A stretch of 64,000 nt of DNA from Nitrososphaeria archaeon. Its GTDB lineage: Archaea > Thermoproteota > Nitrososphaeria > Nitrososphaerales > JAAOZN01. The first letter of the stretch is position 1, and every line of letters begins with the position of its first letter. The stretch lies in NCBI GenBank assembly GCA_029775855.1, contig JARVJZ010000002.1, positions 192,001 through 256,000 on the forward strand, given 5' to 3'. Of the stretch, positions 36,947 to 46,943 are shown in pieces. The position numbers and the translations under genes are program-made. The notes beneath the pieces are model-generated. The model searched no databases, was not told the DNA's origin, and saw only the letters and a program-made list of their open reading frames with translations.

Positions 36947-37588
36947 TTATTTGATGGTTTGTTGTAGTTTATTCTTTAATATAGCTACTGCTGCCTCCAA
37001 AGCTTCGATGCCCTCTTTTGTCAGAGGTAGTTTTAAGTAAATTTCTCCCGCGGAGAGCTCTATGTAGCCGCTCTCTTTTTTAACTTCGTGTTTGGGTTGC
37101 GTTTCCTCCTTTAAGCTCGGTTTAGATTTTAGGTGTAGTATGTCATTTTGATAGGCGCTTCTTATCCACGCCTCTTTCGCTTTTGCTTCTTCTATACTTG
37201 CACCCGTTATCTTTGCCAGCTCTTCAGCAAAGCCTTGCTGTGGAAGTTCTAGCCCAAACCTTAGATAGAGTTCATGCCATAATGGTATGTTTGTTATTGC
37301 TTTTTCGAAAGCTCTTTCTTCTTCGCTTCTATCTTTCGGATAGGCTAAAGTAGAACCTAACTCTGTAATATAGATCTTACCTCGCCCATCTACTAACCCG
37401 TAAGCCCTTAAAGCTGTAAGCTTTAATAAGAATGCTCCGCTTCTAGCTGATGTATGGTTTAATGCAATAGCTACCGCGTTAAGGTCGTCGATCTCATTTT
37501 CTTGAAACCTATTATATAATCTTCTAACAGCATCTATGAGTGTGGGGTAAATTCGAATAGTAGGCACAGTATATCTGCCGATGCGCAA
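36947..37588 (-). CDS. Hypothetical winged-helix-like protein
   Basis: Probable TTG start at 37588; VA..L.H.S..SGAF..KL.ALR.YGL..GRG...ITELG is a wHTH-like pattern. Confidence 0.6.
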   Translation of the reverse strand: MRIGRYTVPTIRIYPTLIDAVRRLYNRFQENEIDDLNAVAIALNHTSARSGAFLLKLTALRAYGLVDGRGKIYITELGSTLAYPKDRSEEERAFEKAITNIPLWHELYLRFGLELPQQGFAEELAKITGASIEEAKAKEAWIRSAYQNDILHLKSKPSLKEETQPKHEVKKESGYIELSAGEIYLKLPLTKEGIEALEAAVAILKNKLQQTIK

Positions 37589-37688
37589 GCCTTCTAAATC
37601 CTCTTTACAGAAAAGAAAAACTCGAACAAATATTAACATTACTTCTACTCGGTAACCCTTATTTAAGCCTTTGACAAATAGTAGAAGG

Positions 37689-38414
37689 ATGTCTACACAA
37701 ACACTACTCACAGTAAAGAATGTTACTAAGAGATTCGGTGGGCTAGTAGCTTTAAACGATGTAAGCTTCGAAATCAAAGAGAAAGAGATCGTTGGAATAA
37801 TCGGACCAAACGGAGCCGGCAAGACCACACTCTTTAACGTCATAACAGGCTTCTACCATCCAGACGCTGGACGCATAATATTCAATGGCGTAGACATAAC
37901 AAAGTTTAGACCAGACCAGATCTGTAGTTTAGGTTTGACACGCACCTTTCAACTCGTTAAACCCTTTAAAGATCTAACCGTATTTGAAAACATCTTGATT
38001 GGCGCTCTGCTTAAAAGAAGTAAAGCGGCAGCGGTAGAAAAGGCTGAGAAGGTGTTAAAAGATTTAGACTTAGAGAAGATGCGTAATATTCCGGTTAAAA
38101 ATATACCTATTGCTGAAAGGAAGATCGTAGAGGCAGCAAGGGCGTTGGCAACCGAGCCTAAGATGCTTCTTTTGGATGAGGTTGCTGCTGGTCTAAACCC
38201 TACAGAGACCGTAAAGATTTTAGAAACTTTGAAGAAGGTAAGAGAGCAAGGTGTTACACTTTGCTTAGTTGAACATGTTATGCGGTTCATTATGGGCATT
38301 TCCGAGCGGATATTAGTTTTGGATAGAGGTGTAAAGATAGCTGAAGGCCCACCCTCAGAAATAGCGGCTAATGAGTCGGTGATACAAGCTTATCTAGGTG
38401 TTAAATATGCTTGA
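37689..38414 (+). CDS. livG: Branched-chain amino acid ABC ATPase, LivG-like
   Basis: FGGL.A, GPNGAGKTT, RTFQ, LLLDE..AGLN, VEH.M, V..AYLG. Confidence 0.9.
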   Translation: MSTQTLLTVKNVTKRFGGLVALNDVSFEIKEKEIVGIIGPNGAGKTTLFNVITGFYHPDAGRIIFNGVDITKFRPDQICSLGLTRTFQLVKPFKDLTVFENILIGALLKRSKAAAVEKAEKVLKDLDLEKMRNIPVKNIPIAERKIVEAARALATEPKMLLLDEVAAGLNPTETVKILETLKKVREQGVTLCLVEHVMRFIMGISERILVLDRGVKIAEGPPSEIAANESVIQAYLGVKYA

Positions 38415-39105
38415 AGTAAATGCGCTAAACGTCTCATACGGAGAGATTCAAGTGCTTTGGGATGTCTCCCTAAAAGTGGAGCAAGGAGAGATCATTGCAC
38501 TCATAGGCTCTAACGGCGCTGGTAAAACAACCCTACTCAAGACCATAGCTGGGCTTCTTAAACCAACATCCGGTTCTATAAATTATTTCAACGAGCGGTT
38601 AGATAAACTGCCGCCACACAAAATAGTGGAAAAAGGCGTAGCATTAGTGCCTGAGGGTAGAGGGCTTTTCCCGCATATGACAGTATACGAAAATCTGCTC
38701 ATGGGCGCTTACACACAGCGTCAAAACAGCAAAGAAATACTAAGCTGGGTCTATGAGATATTCCCTATATTAAAAGAGAGGGCAAACCAGCAAGCATCCA
38801 CACTAAGCGGTGGAGAGCAACAGATGCTAGCAATAGGACGGAGCTTAATGAGCAACCCAAAGTTCCTTATGTTAGATGAACCTTCACAAGGCTTAGGTCC
38901 TAAAATAGTTCTTAAGATACTTGATACGGTTAAGCAGATCAACAGTAGGGGTGTCACGATAATGTTGGTTGAGCAGAGCGTGCCTTTCGCTCTTGAGTTA
39001 GCTAATAGAGTCTACGTGCTTGAGAACGGTAAAATTGTTCACAGCGGCAGAAGTGAGGAAATAAGAAATCTTGAAGATGTTAAGAAGGCATATTTAGGCA
39101 TATGA
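38407..39105 (+). CDS. livF: Branched-chain amino acid ABC ATPase, LivF-like
   Basis: GSNGAGKTT, VPEGR..F..MTV.ENL, LSGGEQQMLAIGR, LDEPS.GL.P. Confidence 0.92.
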   Translation: MLEVNALNVSYGEIQVLWDVSLKVEQGEIIALIGSNGAGKTTLLKTIAGLLKPTSGSINYFNERLDKLPPHKIVEKGVALVPEGRGLFPHMTVYENLLMGAYTQRQNSKEILSWVYEIFPILKERANQQASTLSGGEQQMLAIGRSLMSNPKFLMLDEPSQGLGPKIVLKILDTVKQINSRGVTIMLVEQSVPFALELANRVYVLENGKIVHSGRSEEIRNLEDVKKAYLGI

Positions 39106-39156
39106 GATGTTGTTGGATAGTGAAGCATAAATAACACATAAGGGTTACAAATATTA

Positions 39157-39804
39157 TTGGTTAGTTTGTGGACTCCGGTGGAAAGATTTGATGTAGTAAT
39201 AGCTGGCGTTGGTGGTCAAGGCACAATTTTAGCCTCACGAATAATAGGCAGAGCAGCAGTTATAGCTGGGCTTAAAGTGAGGGGCTCTGAGCTTTTAGGT
39301 ATGTCCCAAAGAGGAGGAGCAGTTTATAGCCACGTAAGATTTGGCACTAAAGTCGAGGCGCCGATAATACCTGAAGGTGCTGCTCATATACTTCTAAGTT
39401 TTGAACCTGCAGAAGGGCTTAGATACCTGCACTACCTCTCAAAGAACAGCCTAATACTGGTAAACACAAAACCCATAATACCTCAAACGGTTTCATCTGG
39501 ATTAAGTAAATACCCTGAGTTAGAACATATACTACAGCACTATCGAAGCTACGCTACAACGATAACGCTAGACGCAACAGCACTAGCGATTCAAGCAGGA
39601 AACCCCATAGCTACTAACAGTGCTATGATAGGTGCAATGGTCGGCTCTGGGAGATTCCCTTTACCCGCTGAAGTAATGCTTCAAGCAATAGAAGAGTCGG
39701 TAAGAAAGAGCCTCTTTGATGTAAATAAGAAAGCTTTCTACTTAGGTTTCGAGAAAGCTAAGCAGCTCTTGGAATCTGAGAGTAAAGAGGCAGTCGCAGT
39801 ATAA
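39157..39804 (+). CDS. iorB: Indolepyruvate:ferredoxin oxidoreductase beta subunit
   Basis: GVGGQG.ILAS, GMSQRGG.V.SHVR.G, EP.E.LR, N.KAF..G. Confidence 0.92.
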   Translation: MVSLWTPVERFDVVIAGVGGQGTILASRIIGRAAVIAGLKVRGSELLGMSQRGGAVYSHVRFGTKVEAPIIPEGAAHILLSFEPAEGLRYLHYLSKNSLILVNTKPIIPQTVSSGLSKYPELEHILQHYRSYATTITLDATALAIQAGNPIATNSAMIGAMVGSGRFPLPAEVMLQAIEESVRKSLFDVNKKAFYLGFEKAKQLLESESKEAVAV

Positions 39805-39824
39805 ATAATGGTTGGTGAAAAAAG

Positions 39825-41768
39825 ATGAGTTTAAGATCTTTAAGTGGGAGAAAAGAAGGTGAAAAGGTTCTCTTAATGGGGAACGAAGCTATAGCTTGGG
39901 GCGCTGTAGAAGGCGGGGTAGCGGTAGCAGCTGGTTATCCAGGCACACCATCCTCAGAAATAATAGACAGTTTGGCTGAGGTCGCAGGAGAGCACAACAT
40001 CTACGTTGAATGGTCTACGAATGAGAAGGTCGCTCTTGAGGTAGCGTTGGCCGCTTCATACTGCAAGCTTAGAAGCATGACATCTATGAAGCACGTTGGG
40101 TTAAATGTGGCACATGACTCATTTATGACCGCAGCGCACATAGGCGCAAGGGGAGGGTTTGTAGTAGTTTCTTGTGACGACCCTGGTGCTTGGAGCTCGC
40201 AGAATGAACAGGATAATAGGTATATAGCGATGCAAGCGTATGTTCCAGTCTTTGAGCCTTATACTCCAGATGAAGCGAAGAAGATGATGGTTTACGCATT
40301 CCAATATTCTGAGGATTATGGGCAGCCAGTCATGTTAAGAAGCACAACCAGAGTTAGCCACGCCACCTCTGAAGTCGAGTTAGGTGTTGTGCAGAAGCTT
40401 GAACGTAAACCTGTATGGGAGAAGAGACCAGATCTGCTAGTATATGACTCTGCTGGCGCTAGGAGAAACAGAGTTGAGATGGTAAAGCGGTTCGAGAGAA
40501 TTGTAAGGGAAGTCGATAAGGTGCCTTTCAATAAACTGATGCTGGTTGATGGGTCTAAGAAGGGCATTGTAGCTTCTGGGTTAGCGTATGGTTATGTTAA
40601 AGAAGCTTTAAACTTACTTAACTTAGACGATAAAGTTTCTCTGCTTAAGTTGGGTATGACATACCCAATACCTAAAGGGTTGATTAAGAATCTTTTAGAT
40701 AGCGTTGAGGAGCTGCTTGTAGTTGAGGAGTTAGAGCCGATAGCTGAAAACTTAATCAAAGCTTACGCAGCGGATCAAGGTTACAAGATACGCTTCCACG
40801 GCAAAGATCTCATACCTCTAATAGGTGAACTAACGACAAAACCAGTAGTGCAGGCGCTTACAAAATTCTTAGGTGTTGAATCTCCGATAGACTATGATGA
40901 GGTAAGTAGGCTATCAGAAGCTGCTGCTCGACTCCCACCAACACGCCCACCTGTGCTCTGCCCCGGCTGCCCACATAGGGCATCATACTTCTCACTTAAG
41001 AAGGTCTCTACTAGAGTGGCAAATAACCCTAAGCGCTTCGGTTTAGAGCAAGTCTTCGGCGAATCTACTTCACCTATTTACCCAGGGGATATAGGTTGCT
41101 ATGGTTTAGCATACTTGCCACCATTCAAGGCGATAGACCTCGCTATAAGTATGGGTGGAGGGCTAGGCTTCGCTAACGGATTAGCTCACATAGTAAAAGC
41201 GCCTATAGTCGTAAGCATAGGTGACTCAACATTCTTCCACGCGGGCATACCAGCACTAATAAACGCTGTACACCACAAAGCAAGAATGGTTATAGTCATA
41301 CTGGATAACGACGTGACTGCGATGACAGGCGAACAACCTACACCAGGCTCTGCTGTTAATGCTTTAGGTCAACCCGCACCTCGAGTTATGCTTGAAGACC
41401 TTGCTAGAGGCTGCGGCGTAAGCTATGTGCAGGTGGTAGACCCAAGTGACTTTAAAAGAAGCCAAGAGGTGCTGGAAGAAGCGATGAAAGTGGATGGTCC
41501 AGCGGTGGTAATCTTTAGGAGACCTTGTGAGCTTGTGAGGACAAGGGAGCAGAGGAGGCAAGGGATCCTACCAGAACCTTATATGGTGAATCAAGCTAAG
41601 TGTACTAAATGCATGGTTTGCATAACGAGTTTTGGATGCCCAGCTATCTATAAGCAAGGCAATTTAATACAGATAGACCCTACGCTATGTACAGGTTGCG
41701 GGGACTGCGCTCAGATCTGTCCTCACGATGCTTTCGTGCAAGCTAAAGCTTTAGTTAAGACGACTTAG
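39825..41768 (+). CDS. iorA: Indolepyruvate:ferredoxin oxidoreductase alpha subunit
   Basis: GNEAIA, YPGTPSSEI, NEKVALE, MKHVGLNVA, SSQNEQD, CPGCPHR, GDIGC, GDSTFFH, C-terminal ferredoxin. Confidence 0.95.
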   Translation: MSLRSLSGRKEGEKVLLMGNEAIAWGAVEGGVAVAAGYPGTPSSEIIDSLAEVAGEHNIYVEWSTNEKVALEVALAASYCKLRSMTSMKHVGLNVAHDSFMTAAHIGARGGFVVVSCDDPGAWSSQNEQDNRYIAMQAYVPVFEPYTPDEAKKMMVYAFQYSEDYGQPVMLRSTTRVSHATSEVELGVVQKLERKPVWEKRPDLLVYDSAGARRNRVEMVKRFERIVREVDKVPFNKLMLVDGSKKGIVASGLAYGYVKEALNLLNLDDKVSLLKLGMTYPIPKGLIKNLLDSVEELLVVEELEPIAENLIKAYAADQGYKIRFHGKDLIPLIGELTTKPVVQALTKFLGVESPIDYDEVSRLSEAAARLPPTRPPVLCPGCPHRASYFSLKKVSTRVANNPKRFGLEQVFGESTSPIYPGDIGCYGLAYLPPFKAIDLAISMGGGLGFANGLAHIVKAPIVVSIGDSTFFHAGIPALINAVHHKARMVIVILDNDVTAMTGEQPTPGSAVNALGQPAPRVMLEDLARGCGVSYVQVVDPSDFKRSQEVLEEAMKVDGPAVVIFRRPCELVRTREQRRQGILPEPYMVNQAKCTKCMVCITSFGCPAIYKQGNLIQIDPTLCTGCGDCAQICPHDAFVQAKALVKTT

Positions 41769-41769
41769 G

Positions 41770-42648
41770 TTAAACTAGCTTCTGAATCAAGCGGTCGGCT
41801 TTTATTCTGTGGAAGGCTAGACCCATTTCTTCCACAGTGAAGCCCATGGCTAACCCGAGTAGCTGAGTGTAGTAGAAGACTGGTATATTGTGGTTCTTCT
41901 TAGCTTTAAGGTTCACTTCAACTTGTCCTGCATCATATTGTAGGAAGCATGTTGGGCATATTGTGACCAAACCATCTACACCAAGTTCGCCTAATTCAGT
42001 AAGTTTTTCGTCTAACGCTGCCAGCATCTTGCTTTCATCTATGAATCTTGAGAATGATGCGCAACACAACCTCTCTGTCCTATATCTGATGGGCTCAGCG
42101 CCCAAAGCTCTGATGATTTCGTTAAATGAGATAGGGTCGGATGGATCATCATATTCCTCGAGATCGTGGATAATGTGGCAGCCTAAATGTGGTGCAACTC
42201 TTAAGCCATTTAAAGGCTTAATAATTTGCTTCCGCAACTCTTCGACGCCTATCTTCTTGTAGAGCAGCCAGAGTATGCTCCTAACTTCAGTAGTACCTCT
42301 GTATCTTCGCCCGACGCTATTTAATACGCTATTGACCATATCTCTGAGCTTCTGATTACGCTTCAAGTCTTTATCTACAGCGCTTAAGGTTAGGTTGCAG
42401 CCTGAGCAGATAGTGAGTAGTTCCTTATTCTGCTCTTCAGCTAAAGTTATATTTCTTGCGGCAAGAGCGTACCAAGCGGACTTATCAGCGAAGACCGTTG
42501 AGGTTGGGTCAGGGCAGCAGCTCGCATCGATAAGTGGAGTAACCTTAACACCGAGTCGGTCAAACACCTTTAGAGTGGCAGCCTCGACATGTGGTAGGCG
42601 TGCGGGTATGAAGCAGCCTGTAAATAAAGCGTATTGGAGATCAGCCAA
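41770..42648 (-). CDS. hdrB: Heterodisulfide reductase subunit B-like protein (two CCG domains)
   Basis: F.GC..P, SCCP.P, ARN...AE, T.CSGC, H.GCH, CC, CP.C..QYD.GQ, IPV.YY.QLLGLA.G. Confidence 0.85.
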   Translation of the reverse strand: MADLQYALFTGCFIPARLPHVEAATLKVFDRLGVKVTPLIDASCCPDPTSTVFADKSAWYALAARNITLAEEQNKELLTICSGCNLTLSAVDKDLKRNQKLRDMVNSVLNSVGRRYRGTTEVRSILWLLYKKIGVEELRKQIIKPLNGLRVAPHLGCHIIHDLEEYDDPSDPISFNEIIRALGAEPIRYRTERLCCASFSRFIDESKMLAALDEKLTELGELGVDGLVTICPTCFLQYDAGQVEVNLKAKKNHNIPVFYYTQLLGLAMGFTVEEMGLAFHRIKADRLIQKLV

Positions 42649-43402
42649 AGCTCAACTCCCCTTTTTTGGAGGATAGTGTCTTAAGTATGGTCTGCACTTC
42701 CTCTTTTGGTCTCCTTACTTCGCTTAGACCTAGTGAGCGTCTCCTCTTTAAAACAGTTTCAGAGAGAGTCGCTAAAGTAGCTTCTTTAGATATGGCTGAG
42801 AGATTCCCAGCACAGTAGTCTAGAAACTTGCGTAGACCCTCAGACTTGGCTGATACTAATTGGCTAAAGAATAATGGGTCGCCAACAACACCCTTAGATA
42901 AAGTTAATCCTCTGTTTGTCGTTAACACACCTGCTCTAGTCGAGGATGATATTAGTAAAGCTACTCTATTCTTTTTGAGTGTAGATAGATCTTCTGCAAA
43001 ACCGTATCTTAAGGCGCCTCTCTCACAAACCTTCACACACAGCGGGTCTCCATTACAAAGATCGCACTTAACCGCCTTACCTGCACCGTCAAATACGACA
43101 CCTTCAACGGGGCAGATCAGAAAGCAGCTTCTACACCCAACACAAGTTTCACTTCGAATAAAAGTGACATCTCTAATCTCGTCTAATAGTATAGACCCTG
43201 TAGGGCAAATAACTCTACAAAAAGGCTCATCGCATTGAAGACAAAAGGAGAGGGAAAACTTGTGACCGTCTCCACTTTTAATTAGTTTTATTGCTGGTGT
43301 GCTTTGAGAGGTGCCGAACCTTTTTACGCATGCTTCTATACACTTCTCACAGCCATCGCAGAGCCTTGGGTCGAAGATTAAGACTTGTTTTTGTATAGGC
43401 AT
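42641..43402 (-). CDS. 4x[4Fe-4S] DmsB-type ferredoxin with an HdrC-like C-terminal tail
   Basis: CDGCEKC...C, CLQC..P.C...CP, CVGC..C...CP, KCDLC.G.P.CV..C; tail RR.LGL.......EEVQ.ILK. Confidence 0.7.
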   Translation of the reverse strand: MPIQKQVLIFDPRLCDGCEKCIEACVKRFGTSQSTPAIKLIKSGDGHKFSLSFCLQCDEPFCRVICPTGSILLDEIRDVTFIRSETCVGCRSCFLICPVEGVVFDGAGKAVKCDLCNGDPLCVKVCERGALRYGFAEDLSTLKKNRVALLISSSTRAGVLTTNRGLTLSKGVVGDPLFFSQLVSAKSEGLRKFLDYCAGNLSAISKEATLATLSETVLKRRRSLGLSEVRRPKEEVQTILKTLSSKKGELSFG

Positions 43403-43493
43403 CTTCTACTAAATTATGCTCATAAGTAACCTATAAACTTCATTGGAAAAATAGTAGGTTAAACTTAAAACTGCAGTAGGGTTATATTATAGC

Positions 43494-43913
43494 GTGCGCA
43501 GCTACGAAGGCACAACCATTAGAGTAAGATTTCACGACACAGATCATAGTGGAAGAGTTTACTTCTCTAACTATGTAAATTGGATGGATGACGATATCAC
43601 AGAATTCTTTCGCTCAAAAGGAATAGTGTTTGCAGACATACAAAAAACGATAGTTGATTCAGAAAGTGTAGAGGGTACATTTGTAATAGGGGAATTTAGC
43701 TGTAGGATTCACGCCCCTTCAAAGTTCGACGACATACTAAAGATTAAATCAAAAGTTGCTGAGCTGCGTGCTAAAGTTATAAGGTTTGAGTCAGAGGTGT
43801 TAGATGCTAACACAGATGCTAGGCTTGCTACAGGAAGCATAACATACATCTGGGTCATAGGCAAATCATCAGCACCTATACCTGAGCAGATAGTGAAGCG
43901 CTTACAAAGTTAA
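43494..43913 (+). CDS. Hotdog-fold acyl-CoA thioesterase (4HBT/YbgC-like)
   Basis: IRVRF.DTD..G.VY..NY..W.D, P..FDD.L.I. Confidence 0.85.
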   Translation: MRSYEGTTIRVRFHDTDHSGRVYFSNYVNWMDDDITEFFRSKGIVFADIQKTIVDSESVEGTFVIGEFSCRIHAPSKFDDILKIKSKVAELRAKVIRFESEVLDANTDARLATGSITYIWVIGKSSAPIPEQIVKRLQS

Positions 43914-43919
43914 AGGGGG

Positions 43920-44924
43920 TTAAAGTACCCCTAGTTCAGTACACAACTTAGCTAGGTTCGGTTTTACATACATTCCAGACTCTTCGATGATCTCTCCATC
44001 AACTTCAATAGTAGGATTCAACACCACACCATCTGTGTGATTCTTAGCCGGACGACCTCGATAATGTCCTACCCCAATAACTACACAACCAAAGTACCGT
44101 TCATCTACAGCTATTCTCCCAGTAAGCTTTCTAACACCTGGGTTGAATCCTGGGCTTACATGTGCAAAGTTGAACATGTTAGGGTCGTTATAGCTTTTAA
44201 GCCACTTCTCGAAGATCTTCGCTTCCCAGCCTCCTTTCACCGCAGTTATCCTACCGCTCTCAACCTCCAACCTAACTGGAGACTTTAGAAGACCGAGCTC
44301 ATTAGGCGGCCAAAGCGTCCCATCAAACACTATAGAACCATTCACATCCTCTAGATCTGTTGAAAAGGTAACCTGCCCAGCTAGCATCGCAACATCACCC
44401 GGCTTAGTAGCCTTCGAGCCTGATTGGTGAATCTCGCTAGTGGGTTTAAGTCTGCAAGTTAGATCCATCCCAAGTTCTGAAGTTATCCTAACAGTCTTTC
44501 CACGCTTGAACACATCTACCAGTGCCTCACCTAGTTCAAGAAGTTTAGGCAGATCAACCTTACCAACACACTTGACAAGCAGATCGCTGTCTACAAAGGA
44601 TAGGCATATGAATCTAGCACCAGCTTCAACAGCCTCTTTCTGAGCCTTGGTGTAGAGGGTAACTGCGTAGTCTATAAGAACATCAGAGCTTTTCATGGCT
44701 GCGGCAACTTGCTCTGGAGGCTCAACCATAATATTTGGTAGAATCGTCTCATACCACATCACGCTAACCTTCGCATCTCTATTTCTAGCTGCAGCAGCCG
44801 TAGCCAAAACCGCTTGCATATCACTGGCAGTATCAGCTAGAATAAGCACCTTCTCTCCAGCTTTTATACCTAGAACATCGTCACAAAGTTTAGCAGCCGC
44901 TTTAAAAACCTCAAGCTCTAACAA
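43920..44924 (-). CDS. M29/aminopeptidase-T-like metalloprotein (NicX-related family)
   Basis: GE.VLI..D, EPP..VAAAM...DV, G.IVFDG, HVS.GFNP, DER..G, H.D.V...PT...DG. Confidence 0.7.
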   Translation of the reverse strand: MLELEVFKAAAKLCDDVLGIKAGEKVLILADTASDMQAVLATAAAARNRDAKVSVMWYETILPNIMVEPPEQVAAAMKSSDVLIDYAVTLYTKAQKEAVEAGARFICLSFVDSDLLVKCVGKVDLPKLLELGEALVDVFKRGKTVRITSELGMDLTCRLKPTSEIHQSGSKATKPGDVAMLAGQVTFSTDLEDVNGSIVFDGTLWPPNELGLLKSPVRLEVESGRITAVKGGWEAKIFEKWLKSYNDPNMFNFAHVSPGFNPGVRKLTGRIAVDERYFGCVVIGVGHYRGRPAKNHTDGVVLNPTIEVDGEIIEESGMYVKPNLAKLCTELGVL

Positions 44925-45110
44925 CCCATATCACAATCCGATCTCACCTACTTGCTGTATGTAAGCTTTTTGTGAAAAAGATGTTTAATATTCATCTAAT
45001 TACAAATTAAAAACTCGTCTTTCTCAATAAAATATTACAATAATACATAAACGCTTGCTAAGTCCCCACTACTATTAGAATAAATAATAGCCAAAAGAAA
45101 GGTCTGTAAG

Positions 45111-46037
45111 ATGCTAAGATACATCATACGCAGACTCCTACTTGTAATCCCCGTATTCATAGGAGTCTCCCTCATAGCCTTCCTTATAATGAAGCTCACA
45201 CCAGGAGACCCCATCTTAAATGTGCTCGGCATGCAGCCTACAGGAGATCCAAGTTTTATAGCAGCTATGAGGGCTGAATTAGGTCTTGATGATCCCATCT
45301 ACATACAATATGGTAAGTTTCTTTGGCGGATCCTCCAAGGAGACCTTGGAAGAAGCATAGGCTCTAATAAACCCGTCATTATACTTGTCTCAGAAGCGCT
45401 ACCTAGAACACTTTTGCTAGTAGTCAGCTCCATGATTGTGGCTATAGCGATAGGCATACCAGTTGGTGTGGTATCATCGGTAAGACAACATTCAGCACTA
45501 GATCACGCCACGAGGGTAGGCTCGATCTTCGCGGCATCGCTCCCAGACTTCTGGTTGGGGCTTATGCTGATGATGGTCTTCTCCTACTACCTCGGCTTAA
45601 CACCAATATCCGGCTACGGCAAACCAGAGCACATTATACTCCCAGCTACAACATTAGGCATAGGTTTAGCAGGACTAATAACAAGGCTAACACGCTCAAG
45701 CATGCTTGAAGTCATCAGACAAGACTACATCAGAGCAGCAAAAGCAAAAGGAATGAGTGAGAGAGGCGTGATCTTTAAACACGCATTAAGAAACGCGCTT
45801 ATACCCATAGTCACGGTGCTGGGGCTGCAGTTTGGTTTCCTACTAGCTGGAGCGTTCTTCGTTGAATGGGTCTTCGCTTGGCCGGGAATAGGTAGGCTTG
45901 CTGTCCAAGCAATACAGCAGAGAGATTACCCCGTTGTTTTAGGCGCTCTACTAGTGACCTCGATAGCATATGTTGTGATAAATATTATTGTAGATATCAT
46001 ATACGCTTACATTGACCCTAGGGTGCAATATGAGTAG
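45111..46037 (+). CDS. dppB: Peptide/nickel ABC permease DppB
   Basis: PGDP, LGLD.P...QY, GDLG.S, EAA-type loop DYI.AA.AKG, HALRNA.IP, RDYP. Confidence 0.92.
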   Translation: MLRYIIRRLLLVIPVFIGVSLIAFLIMKLTPGDPILNVLGMQPTGDPSFIAAMRAELGLDDPIYIQYGKFLWRILQGDLGRSIGSNKPVIILVSEALPRTLLLVVSSMIVAIAIGIPVGVVSSVRQHSALDHATRVGSIFAASLPDFWLGLMLMMVFSYYLGLTPISGYGKPEHIILPATTLGIGLAGLITRLTRSSMLEVIRQDYIRAAKAKGMSERGVIFKHALRNALIPIVTVLGLQFGFLLAGAFFVEWVFAWPGIGRLAVQAIQQRDYPVVLGALLVTSIAYVVINIIVDIIYAYIDPRVQYE

Positions 46038-46051
46038 AAGGTGAAAGAAGG

Positions 46052-46933
46052 ATGCGCCCTCTTAAAGATTTGAAAAAACTACTTTTCGGCGAGTCAAGCG
46101 AACTCTCCATCATAATAGAGCATCTTAAAAGCGATAAACCAGCCCTATTTGGGCTGGCAGTGATTATTTTGCTTGTGTTAATGGCTGTCTTTGCAGACTT
46201 TATCTCACCTTACGACCCTAATCTTCAAGATCTGAGTAGAAGGCTTGAACCTCCTAGCTGGGAGCACCCATTTGGGAGAGACGAGTTCGGAAGGGACATA
46301 CTGTCAAGAATCATATATGGGTCAAGAATATCACTAACAGTAGGAGTTGTAGTCATAACAATCTCACTGCTCATAGGAACAGCATTAGGAGCTCTCTCAG
46401 GCTACATAGGTGGATGGATAGACTTGGTTATAATGAGAGTTGCAGACATATTCTTAGCATTTCCAGGCTTGCTGCTTGCAATAGGCTTGACAGCAGTCTT
46501 AGGGCAAAGCATATTCAATGTAATGGCAGCGTTAGCTATAGTTAACTGGCCCGGGTATGCAAGAGTCATAAGAAGTCAAATTCTATACATAAAGGGGTTA
46601 GATTATGTTGAAGCAGCTCGAATAATGGGGGCGTCAAACGCAAGAATACTTGCATCTCATGTGCTACCTAACTCATTTGCTCCGATAATTGTATTGGCTA
46701 CGATAGGAATGGGGTGGGCGATACTTGCGGAGGCTGGCTTGAGTTTCTTAGGATTGGGTGTGCAGCCTCCCACACCGAGCTGGGGATCGATAATTGCTAC
46801 TGGAAGAGACTTTATATTTAGAGCACCCCATATAACTACTATACCGGGTATAGTTTTGGCGCTTTCGATTCTCGCATTTAACCTCTTTGGGGATGGACTT
46901 AGAGACGCGCTTGACCCTAGACTTAGAATATAG
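46052..46933 (+). CDS. dppC: Peptide/nickel ABC permease DppC
   Basis: HPFG.D..GRD..SR..YG.R.SL, YVEAA..MGAS, LSFLGLG..PP.PSWG, GDGLRDALDP. Confidence 0.93.
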   Translation: MRPLKDLKKLLFGESSELSIIIEHLKSDKPALFGLAVIILLVLMAVFADFISPYDPNLQDLSRRLEPPSWEHPFGRDEFGRDILSRIIYGSRISLTVGVVVITISLLIGTALGALSGYIGGWIDLVIMRVADIFLAFPGLLLAIGLTAVLGQSIFNVMAALAIVNWPGYARVIRSQILYIKGLDYVEAARIMGASNARILASHVLPNSFAPIIVLATIGMGWAILAEAGLSFLGLGVQPPTPSWGSIIATGRDFIFRAPHITTIPGIVLALSILAFNLFGDGLRDALDPRLRI

Positions 46934-46943
46934 TGAAAAAGGT

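Noticed and set aside
37589-37843. N-terminal 85 aa of the 298-aa minus-strand ORF
   Set aside because: It overlaps livG antisense and its promoter; the real start is probably TTG at 37588.
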